Assembly: GCF_006345805.1 (NCBI RefSeq)
Contig: NC_043008.1
Span: 49,414,001 to 49,478,000, forward strand
Direction of reading: 5' to 3'
DNA from: Octopus sinensis
Taxonomy: Eukaryota
Length of the DNA: 64,000 bases
In this document: in pieces, positions 13,381 to 64,000 of the stretch
How positions within the stretch are numbered: position 1 is the first letter of the stretch
How the letters are laid out: the number at the start of each line of letters is the position of its first letter
The notes under the pieces: generated by a model
What the model saw: the letters and a program-made list of their open reading frames with translations, nothing else
Databases searched by the model: none
Told to the model about the DNA's origin: nothing
Made by a program: the position numbers and the translations under genes

Positions 13381-13968
13381 GTGTCAGTGGCATGAAAAAG
13401 GCACCATTTATCATAATGGTTAATTTCTCAAGAATGTCTCTTTAAGGAACCATTATTTTGCCTTGTTAACCCTTTAGTGTTTAAACCGGTCATATCCGGC
13501 CCAAATATTCAATGTTTTATATTCAAACTGGAATTTAAAGACAATGATTCCTTATCTCTTATCAATCCTTTCATTACTATATTTCTAATAAAACGCTGGT
13601 TTTATTTCATTTTAAAAATAAGGAAGAATTTCGTAAAATAACTTTTGTCATTTTTTTAGCTAATCTTTGGAAAATAAATTAACATTTTGATGGAAGGTTT
13701 GAATTTGGATCACTTAAAAATGGTTTTACATCATAGAACCAAGTATGGAGGTCTCAGATGCTTTGGTTGTGAATCTTTTAAAGATCTGATTATTTTTCTT
13801 TCAATTTCCTTCTAAAAGTATTTTTAAAAGAGTTCAGTTGTTGTAACATCATTAATCTTTTTTTTTTCCATGCTGGCATGGGTTAGACAAACCAGAGAAC
13901 TGAACCAAGCTCCAGTGTCTGCTTTTGTATAGTTTCCAGAGTTGGATGCCCTTCCTAATGTCAACTAC

Positions 13969-14185
13969 TTAACCTTTTTGGTACCAACTTGGCTGAAACC
14001 ACGTCTGGCTCTATAGTAAAAAAGTCTTGTTTTCAAAAGTGCTAAATTAAAATTTTCCACCAAACCTTAGTCACAATTTATGTTCCTAACACTAGCTTAA
14101 TAACAACGAAGTTATTTTTTATATTTAAGATTAATTGAAAGAAACACAGAGCATCACAAAATAAATACAGTAACGAAAGGGTTAA
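13969..14185. mobile_element. piggyBac-like MITE, family D1
   Basis: TTAA-CC(C)TTT ... AAAGGG-TTAA ends; same internal sequence at 30218, 45035 and 49124. Confidence 0.8.
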
Positions 14186-14854
14186 CAGGGCATACACCAA
14201 CACTAGTGGGGTCAGCAAGTAACTTGCAAAGCAAGACCCTTCAACCAAATGGATGTAGAGTTTTGAGGGATGTAACCTTGAACGATATTCATCAGGTGTT
14301 TGTTTGCTATCTTTGTGCTATCTTTAGTTGTTGTTGTTTTAAAGCAATCATTCGCATCAAGGTCACCATATCCACTTTTCCATGCTGGCATGGGTTGGGG
14401 ACAACTTTTTTTCTTTTTTTTTTTGCAGGCAGTGTTTAATGGATGGATGCTCTTCTAGACCCCAACACTTTGTCACCTCTTAAGACATGTGAAGATATGG
14501 GATAACTCTCCCCCAAACCAGGATATTTCAATAAAGCAGTCAGGAATCTTTATTCCTTAACCCTTTTGCATTCAGATCACTCTGTCAAATGTAATGCTTA
14601 TTTATTCACATTGTCTTGAATTAATCATGGATTATCTCATGGCTCTGAGATTTCAATGATGTGATCGCTTATTTTTAATATGACATTGTAGGGTAGGTGT
14701 GAAAGACCGGATCTGGCTAGTTTGAATACAAAACAGGTTGAATATTTGGGCCTCAGATATGGCCAGTTTAAATGCTTATGGGTTGAAAGACTCCATAGAA
14801 GAAGGCAGTCTCCAGGGAAATTAATGTATATCAAAGAATGTATATCAAAGATAG

Positions 14855-15040
14855 GCAGATAGAGATGTAGATAAATGAACATAGAGATAGATAGATAGAC
14901 AGACATAGATAGATATATATATAGATAGATAGGCAGCTCGATAGATAGATAGATAGATAGATAGGTAGCTCAATAGATAGATAGATAGATAGACATAATT
15001 AAGTAGAGAGATACAGAGATGTAGACAGACAGAGATAAGG
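14855..15040. repeat. (TAGA)n microsatellite
   Basis: Directly visible. Confidence 0.9.
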
Positions 15041-15640
15041 GAAGACATTTTTTAAAATCACGAATGCAGTAGTATACGTATTTATTCTGCAGAAAAAGAA
15101 AGTGTCCTACACAAGTTATTTCAGTAATTTTACACTAAATAGTTTCATAGTTGTTTCTCTAACATAGTCCATTGTACATTTTGGCTGCTTTCAAATATTT
15201 TATTCATTCTCCTCCTCCTTTCATACGTTTATTGTTGGCCTACAATACAATACAACAGCTTTCAGTACAAACCAGTCATCTGTTTAGAATTTTTCCTTTT
15301 CTTTACAATTATGTGTTTTTCAAATTTCAATTTCATATAGGGTTGTGTTGTGTTTATAGCTACACGTGTGTGCATGCACACACACACTAGTTCAGTGGGG
15401 GAGTTATTTGAGGCAGGATTTTACAGCTGGATGCTTTTCTTGTTCCTAACCCTTAACTGTTTTTCAAATAAGGAATCTTTTACCCCAAAAGTTCTTTGAA
15501 AGTGCAAAGCAACTGATTGTAAGGCATCAAAGATATTGGTAAATTGATGCAGGAAAATGCTATCAAATTTGGAGTATGTGATGTAAATGGCTGCAAGTTG
15601 GGTGAAACAGTACCATGCTGGTGGAAGAGGAAATTATCCA

Positions 15641-16040
15641 TAGGTGCAGGTGTGGCTGTGTGGTAAGAAGCTTGCTTCCCAACCACATGGTTCTGGGTTC
15701 AGTCCTTCTGCATGGCACCTTGGGTGAGTGTCTTCTATTATAGCCTATGGCCAATCAAAGCCTCGTGAGTGGATTTGGTTGATGGAAACTGAAAGAAGCC
15801 CATCCTGTTTGTCCATGTTTGTTCCCCACGACCACCTAGCATCTGGTGTTGGTGTGTTTACGTCCCCATTGGTTAGTAGTTCAGCAAAAAGAGATTGATA
15901 AAATAAGTGACATGTTTAAAAGAGAAAAAAAGAAAATTAAGTCCTGGGGTCAATTCATTTAACTAAAAATTCTTCAAGATAATGGTGCTCCAGCATGGCC
16001 ACACTTTAATGATTGAAATAAGTTAAAAATATAAGATAAT
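15641..16040 (+). mobile_element. SINE family A, diverged full length
   Basis: Matches the 8149-8540 consensus. Confidence 0.85.
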
Positions 16041-16079
16041 AAAGACAGATAATTAAAGAAATGTAGGTAGAAACAGATA

Positions 16080-16530
16080 TCATCATCATCATGTAGCATC
16101 CATGGGTTGGAAGGTTTGACCAGGGCTGGTAAGCTGGAAGGCTGCACTCCAGTCTGATTTGACATGGTTTTCTACAGCTTGATGCTCTTCCTAATACCAA
16201 CCACTCCAACAGTACAATGGGTGCTTTTACATACCACTGGCACAGGTGCCATTTGCGTGACACTGGTCTCTGCAACGATTGTGATTTTGCATGGCATCAT
16301 GGGTTTTCTTCTCAAACACAAAATAATGCCAAAGGTCTCGGTCATTGCCTCCATGAGACCCAACACTCAAAAGGAACTCAGCCATTTTACCTCCGTGAGG
16401 CCCAACGCCGAAAAGGTGCTTTTTATGTGTCGCTGGCACGGGTGCCAGTTATGTGACACCAGCATCAGCCACAACTACGATTCCATTTGGATTGACAGCT
16501 CTTCTCAAGCACAGCAGATCACCAACACAC
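16080..16530 (-). mobile_element. Family B with RTE ORF2 C-terminal remnants
   Basis: Includes the cttctcaaacacaaaataatgccaaaggtctcggtc segment shared with 12860-12960 and 60250-60549. Confidence 0.75.
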
Positions 16531-17141
16531 CAAAAGCTTTGGTCTTGCAGAAACCATGTATTTTGTAAGATCAGAATCGGTGAATGTTTACTGCTTTGTT
16601 ACAAATCTGTTTGATGTTTGACAATTAGTAAAAAATAAACAAAGTGCCAAAGAATGATTAATGGTTATTAATGTCTTTTTTTAATCAATTTATTGACTGT
16701 ATTCGGTCATTTGTACGTCTGACCTGAGAGGTTAAGATAGCAGTCAGTCGTCCAAAGTTCAGATATTTATATTCATTGAACCTCAGTGAAAGGAGAAACT
16801 TCTGTTCACCTTTCACCCATTAGTTCAGTGTTTTTCAAAGGAGGTGGGCCTGTGAGGGTTGAAAAGAAGCCAGACAAAAAAAATTAACCTTTATGTTAAC
16901 ATATCTCTGTTGCTTCAATTATTTTTGAAAATAACGAAGAATTTAGTGAAATAACTGTAGTAAATTAGTAAACTATAGTAAATTTAGTAAAATAACTGGC
17001 ATTTGGAATATGAATTATTTTGATAGGTGGTTTTAATTTCAGGAAATTTGTATCTGAGAACCAGGAGTGGTCTCCGGTGAGTTGGTACCTTATGGTTGCC
17101 CAATGCTATGGCAAAGAAAGAATTGTACAGATACGAAATCT

Positions 17142-17466
17142 TTTGGAGTAAAGATTATTTGCCAACATAACATGGCAGTCCTGGTTTAGGACTAATGTTG
17201 CTGTAATTTAGCCCCAGGAGACATCATCTCCAGCTGGCTAATACGACATGATCTGTGTCCTTATATTTTCGAACAAGGGAATCTAGCACCCTCACTCAGC
17301 TCAAAACAATATCTGTGTATCGCGATTTCTGATACACAAAAATATAAGGACATAGATCGTGTCGTACAACCAGCTGGAGACGATGTCTCCTGGGGCTAAA
17401 TTACAGCAACATTCGTCCTAAACCAGGACTGCCATGTTATGTTGGCAAATAATTTTTACTCTGAAG
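17142..17466. repeat. Foldback/MITE with ~125-bp inverted arms
   Basis: gagtaaagattatttgccaacataacatggcagtcctgg.. mirrored by ..ccaggactgccatgttatgttggcaaataatttttactc. Confidence 0.85.
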
Positions 17467-18961
17467 TACTATGGCTGAATATCTCTCATGAGATTTACAA
17501 ATAGTAATTTGGAAAACTTTTTGTTTTTCCATCAATAAAGAAGGGACAGTGGAAGGATGGTAAAAAATTGGGGCTGGGGGGGACTGGTGTTTGTTGGGTT
17601 CCAGAACTGTTGCCCCTAGTTGAGAGCAGATTCCTGTTAATTGTAGAAAGAACTTCAGCTGCAAAAATATCCTCAAACCACCTTAGTAATGCTTGCTCAT
17701 GCTGGGGCACTAGTGATGGTGCCACATGTGAAAAGCACTGGTGCTGGTGCTACATAGAAAGCACCCAGTATACTCTGTAAAGTGGGTGGCGTTAGGAAGG
17801 GTATCCAGCTATAGAAACCATGGTAAAACAGACGAAGGAACCTGGTGTGGCTCCTGGTGTTGCCAGCTCCTGTCAAACCCAGGCCAGGATGGAAAACGGA
17901 TGTTAAATGTTGATTGTTAAATGAAACAAATGTTGACCAAGGAACAATATGTGAATAGACATGTTTAGAAAAACACATCCCACTCTTCGTAGAATAGAAA
18001 ATTAATGTGGAACTCTAAATCACATGGCTGCATCTACACACACTCATGCCATACATTACATATTTACTCACGTACATACATACATACACACACACACACA
18101 TACATACATGCATACATACACTCACATACTCGTACATACATCACATGCATCATACGTACACACGAGGTGATATAAAGTTGTACAATATTTCCTTTATGTA
18201 ACTCAGTGACAATTTAATTGCATGAAATGAAAATGGTTCTTTTTCTTTTTATCTCTTCATCTTTCTATGGCTTTGTTACCCCACCCCTTACTTCCTCATT
18301 GTTTTAAACACTCACATTCGACATGATTGATAGCCATGTTCACTGAATTTTAATTATTTGGGCATTACTATTGTCATTGTCAAACCATTTCGTTTCACTC
18401 CAGCTCCATTGTAAAAAAAACTAACAATGTCATTTATCTTCTCTCCCTTTTCCTCTCTCTCTCTCTCCCTCCTCATTGATATCCAGTTGAGAGCTGACAA
18501 ATGGATCTCCATGTTTACATCCGTTTCTCTCTTTGCTTTTCCTTTTCCTTGGACATTTTCTATTTTGTCATATTTCTCGTCATATTGTGGAAATCTTTTC
18601 CACACACACACGAGCATGCACACATGTGCACACAGATAGATAGATAGACACTCAGACAGACAAAACTGCTTTGGTTTTTAAATTCTCTTTAATTGGATAT
18701 ATATATATATATATATATATATCGTTATTATGTTAAACTGTCATACGTCCAAATTTGGTCAAATACATTTTTTCAATATTTATTTTTGCTTGCAATAGCC
18801 GGTTCTTTTGGTTAAACTATTGTATCTCCAGCTGCTTCAGATGCCAAGATAAGAAAATTGTCAAAGTGTAGTACAACGTTTTGCTATGGAATGGTGAAAC
18901 TATTTTTTCATTTTATGAAAAAGCAACGTTTTGGACTTACAACCCTTTGCATAATAGCAAC

Positions 18962-18998
<37 letters not shown>

Positions 18999-20509
18999 GG
19001 GCTTCTGCACCGTTACTCTCTCCCAGATTCCACCCACAAAATATTGACTCAGCCTGTTATAGATTAACCAACTCCCAAATACCAGTGCCTACCCTTCTAC
19101 CAATATTTATTGCTTTGGTAGAAAAGTAGTTGATACTAGTCCAAAGTGGTGCACATTGGTAACCCAGGGCCAAATGGTTGTGTAGCAATCTTGCTAACCA
19201 CACAGCCAAGCCCACACACGTGCACCCCACACCCCTGTGCGCACGCAATGTTAAATAATTCATATGACCATCCTTGTTTATATACAAGAACAAAAACCTT
19301 TAATAGGAAGAAGAGAAAGAGAATCAAATTATATTTATATGCTTTTTTTCTCTTTTTGTTTGTCTCTATAGAATTGACATCTTTAACGTTGATGCTGCCT
19401 TAGTTTGGTACCAGATGACCTAGTTTTGTTGGACCTAAGCATATGCCTGGTACTCATTGTATAAACTCTAGATGAATGACTGTCAAGGCACCCCCCTCCC
19501 CACCTCTGTCTCTAGGCATGGTTGTGTGGTTAAGAAGTTTGCTTCCCAGTCACGTGGTTTCAAGTTCAATCCCACTGACCAGACATTGAGCAAGTGCTTT
19601 CTACTATGGCCCCAGGTTGACCAAGTGTGTGTTTGTGTCTCCTTATCTTCGTATCACATGACAGTTGTAAGAGAAGTATCCACTGGCAACCAGTTGATGC
19701 CCCTGCTCCCCCTTTGGTCTTCTGTGAAGCTATGTTTCACCATGGAGAAGTATTAGTTCAGCTAGAAACACGTGAGGGTCAGCAGCAGGAAGGGCACCCG
19801 GCCGTAGGAAGTCTATTTCAACAAATTCCATCCAACCTATGAAAACGTGGAAAAGAGGACACCTGAAATAATTATGAGTTATATATCATCATCTAGCATC
19901 TGTTTTCCATGCTGGCATGGGTTGACTGGATCTGGTGAGCTAGATAGCTATACCAGGCTCCAGTCTGATTATTGCTTGGTTTCTATGGCTGGATGCAACC
20001 ACTCCGATCATATATCATGCGTCTCCTTTGCGGCAGCACATCTCTCTCTCTCTCTCTCTCTCTCTTGTATCTGTGCCAGTTAACCTTGTACTTCCTCTAC
20101 AGCAAGACACCTGTTTCTGTCTCACTATAATCTTTTCATCATCCAACAAAAGGTCACCTCCTGCAATCCCCCCCTCCTCTCAAAAGATTTTTTGTCTTGC
20201 AGAGTACTTGGTGACCCTGTCAGTGCAGGTGCCACTTAAAAAGCACCCAGTCCACACTGTAAAGTGGTTGGTGTTTGGAAGGGCATCCAGCTGTAAAAAC
20301 CTTGCCAAAACTGACCTTGCCTGTGCATTTGACACATAAAAAGCACTGAGTCCACTCTGCTGAGTGGTCAGTGTTAGGAAGAGCATCCAGCTGTAAAAAT
20401 CCTGCTAAAACAGACACAGAAGTCCGGTGCAGGCTTCTGCCTGGCCGGCTCCTGTCAAACAGTACCACCCATACCTACATGGAAGGCAGATGCTAAATGA
20501 TGACAATGG

Positions 20510-20540
<31 letters not shown>

Positions 20541-20683
20541 ATAATCTGGTGCTTGACTGAGGAAAGAAAACTTCGAATGACCCGTCCTTACCTTCTTTGT
20601 ATCGTCTATCTGCATGTTTTATTGTCCCTTTTTGTATCACCTAGCTGTCTGGATGTTTTGCATTCTTGTCCCATTTTGTATTT

Positions 20684-20714
<31 letters not shown>

Positions 20715-21659
20715 TTTGTTATACATGTGCTTTCCATGCTGACATAGCTTGGATGGCTTGTTTACACTCCAAGTCAGTTCTTATACAGAGTTTTTGCCCT
20801 CCAAGATGGATGAGGGGACCACAGCTCCTTTGTAGGTTTCCCTTTTTGGCATGGTTGCTCAACTGAAAGCAATCATGGCACCAGCACTTGAGGGGTTGCC
20901 AGACCCTTGACACAACAAAGGGCTCTCTTGAACCACATCATCATTGATTGTTCACTGACCACTTTATAAAAAAAGTACTCAACACTGGGGTCATGTTGTG
21001 GAGTCTTTGTTACTCCACAATGTGTTGATTGACTCAAGGCAACAACGACAGAGAAGGTGTGAGGTGGGGGTCGGATAGAAGTGATTGTAATGGCCAAATA
21101 AGGACCAGGAATGGCTGCATTGGGGGAGACATGAGTAAGGTGAGAGACTGTCTGTTGCTGAAACAAAATTTAAATAACTCCAATGTTTTATTTTTTTTTT
21201 TTATATATTCCATGATTTTTTTTTTTCATTAAAATCTGAAAAAGAAAAAAAAAGTCCTGTCGTTTAAATTATGGGACTGTTTCATGACTTGTTTGAATTT
21301 CATGAAGTCAGCAGCAAATAAGAATACAAACAAAAGCAGAGAGAGAGAGAGGGGGGGGGACAATATTATAAGACTTGTATTTCCAGCCTTACTAATAGAA
21401 GAACCTGTGCATGTCTCTTCTTCACACCCCCCCACTCTCAACACCTCCCCCTACTCTCAACTCCTCCCCCCAATGTCACTTCTCTGCGGTCTGCTGTCTA
21501 ACCAAATATGGTGTATTTCGTCACTCAAACAACATTTCCAATGTTAGAGACACTTGGCATTGTTTGGAAAATCTTTGCATTTTGTTCTACATTTTGTTTT
21601 TTCACCCCCCACCCCCGCTTCTCCTACAAAATGTTTCTATTACTAATTGCAATATAAGG

Positions 21660-21872
21660 CAACAAATTGGTGGCAGAATCATTAGTATCGCAGGCAAAAT
21701 GCTTAACAGCATTTCATCTGTCTTTGTGTTCTGAGTTCAAATTCCACCGAGGTCGACTTTGCCTTTTATCCTTTCGGGGTTGATAAATTGAGTACCAGTG
21801 AAACATTGGGGTCAATGTAACCGACTAGCCCCCTTCCCTAAAATTTCCGGCCTTGTGCCTTTAGTAGAAAGG
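21660..21872 (+). mobile_element. SINE family C
   Basis: Consensus match. Confidence 0.85.
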
Positions 21873-23828
21873 ACTATTTATCGCAGGAGATAGGCAGAAT
21901 CATTAGAGCATCGGGCAAAATGTCTTGATGGTATTCGTTCCATCACATATGCCTTCTGAGCCTCAGTCATCTTTTCTTTTCATCCTTGATAAAATAAAAT
22001 AGCACTCAAATACTAGGGTCACTGGTAACCGCTACCCCCTCCCCTCAAAACTGATGGCATTTTGTTTAATCTAGAGAATATTATATCTTTTATTGTGTTT
22101 ATCAGGTTTTTTGTTTGTATGAAGAAATATTGGTGCCTCGTAAAAAGCAATGCTGCTTGTGCCACATAAAAAGTAATGGTGCTGGTGCCACGTAAAAAGC
22201 TCCCCTGTACCCTCTATAAAGTGGTTGGCATAAGTTTGTAGAAACCCTGCCAAAACAGACAATGGAACCTGGTGCTGCTCCTGGCCTTACCAGCTCCTGC
22301 CAAACCATCCGACCCATGCCAGCATGGAAAACGGACGTTAAATGATGTTACTTGAAAAAACAAAAAACCAAAAAAAAAAACCTGACTAATTCCAGGAAAA
22401 TGTCGTCAGTGTGGGTTTGCGTGTGAGCCTGCATTGCCACTCCATCATTTGTTTGCATCATCAACATGTGGTCTGTGGTATTGACAACGAGTCTGTTGAC
22501 AGAAACTTATTTGTTTACCAAAAGTCTTGAACAACTGAAGGTTACTAAGAATGAAGGAAGATAAACAAACATGGGTTTCTTTCAGGGCATCGCAGCTGCG
22601 TGTGTGGGAAGAACGATGCACCATAATTGAAAATGCAGTTCTGTTGAACGTCATCGTGGAACGTGGGATGATTAGATTAGCGGCAGGGGGTGGGGCTTAA
22701 AATGGGTTTCATAACATTTATATGGATTAAAGTAAGATTATGTTTTAGTCACCACGAGTCAAGTTAATGAAGGTTAAAGAATGAAAAGACTTTATGTAAA
22801 GACATGTTTGCCGCCGCCGCTCTGACATATTTACTCTGTTTGGGTGGTACTTCTGATGAGATAATGGTATTTACAGAATCGGCAAAGAATTGGACACCAT
22901 GACTTGCACTATTTAGTCATGGTTCTTCACAGTCTGAGTTCAAATCCCACTGAGGTATTTAAACATTGCCTTTCATCTTTCTGGGGTTTATGATATACAG
23001 TGTCCTTAAGGAACTGGGGTCAGTTTTAACTAGCCAATTCCTAGTTCCCTCATCTCAAATCTCTGGCCCTTGTGTTTATATTAGAAGCTCAGCAGCATTT
23101 CTTCCAGTCCTTCATTGTCTAAGTTCAAATACTTTTCATATCAACTTAGCCTTTCATCCTTCCAGGTTCAACAAAATAAGTACCAGTTAAATACTACGGT
23201 TGATGTAATTGAGTATTGTCTTCCCACTAAAATTACCGGCCTTGTGCTCAAACTTGAAAATTATTTAAGACAGCAAATTGGTCCAGCGATTAGAAGAGAA
23301 TCTCTTGTGTTCATTCTGAGTCTATGCAGAGTTTAATTCCTGTAGAAATCAACTTTATCTTCCATCCTTCGGCCACAGTCTGCTTGGGTGGTAGACATGA
23401 TCCATTGCCCAGTTTGGTGTCACCTGCTGGTCCTCAGGTGATTTTATCAAAGTTTATTCTGTTGCTTAATATTCAGGTTGGATCGCCAGTTGGAAAGTAC
23501 CTCCCTCTGGTCTTGGTGGTTCTGTGAGTAGTCATGGATACTATTTCCCTCCTGACTAAAAGAAATGGAAAAAAACAATTTTCTTTAAAAAAATATATTA
23601 AATTCAAATAAAAGATCTGAGGCTCACCAAGAATACTTCAGTGGTCCATTTGTGGCCCCATTGAGATTACCAATCCCTGTTCTATAGTCAAAATACATTT
23701 TACTTGTATCAACTGTAGTTTTCTTGATCTGAACAAAATCTACAGAATAAATGTAAATTGATTTAAATAAATTTTTAAGGAATAAAAACTCCAAAATGAA
23801 TTCAAATTTTTCTCTTTTTTTCTTTCAG

Positions 23829-63629
<39,801 letters not shown>

Positions 63630-64000
63630 GTAAGTAAATTATTTGCTGTATAACCTCAGTGTTTGTTCATGGTTGCTGTTGATGTTGTTGTTGTTGCTAT
63701 GGACATCAGTGATGACCCACCAAGCACTTCCAAATGTTTGTTGATACTATACATTCACGCATCGTAAATGGTCGAGTGTTTAATGTTTCATCACCAAAAG
63801 TATCCATCCATGGGGGATCGTGCATGGTCATGTGGTTAAGTTCACTTTGCTGTCATCTGATTTTGCATTTGGTTCAAATGCTCAGCAGCTTCAGGTATGG
63901 CCCTGGACTAACCAATTCCTTATGAAAGAATTTGTTGGTCAGAATCTTTGGGAAACTTGTTATATAGATGCAGGAGTGGCTGTGAGGTAAGTAGCTTGCT

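Overview
AT-rich (by eye) animal genomic DNA, dense in microsatellites and SINEs. The repeat families (tRNA-headed SINEs, RTE 3' ends, TA/CA/TAGA runs) look like an octopus genome; this is inferred from recalled repeat consensus, not from a search. One large + strand gene spans most of the window: a sprint/RIN-family Rab5 GEF (SH2, long Ser/Pro-rich insert, RIN-homology region, start of VPS9). Twelve exons between 23829 and 63629 have canonical AG/GT ends and join in frame (3336 nt, 1112 codons); the gene continues past the right edge. Two further candidate exons (9806-9946, 36970-37035) also fit the frame. The rest is intronic or intergenic repeat: three main SINE/LINE-tail families, piggyBac-, hAT- and pogo-like MITEs, foldback elements and Helitrons. 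The most notable unexplained structure is a set of minimal type-I hammerhead-ribozyme motifs from three different Penelope-like families inside the introns. One family has a swapped G3-C8 core (GUGAACA instead of CUGANGA). Another is a tRNA-headed SINE ending in a hammerhead. Most copies sit in inverted-repeat arrangements. Nearly all short ORFs in the supplied track are spurious.
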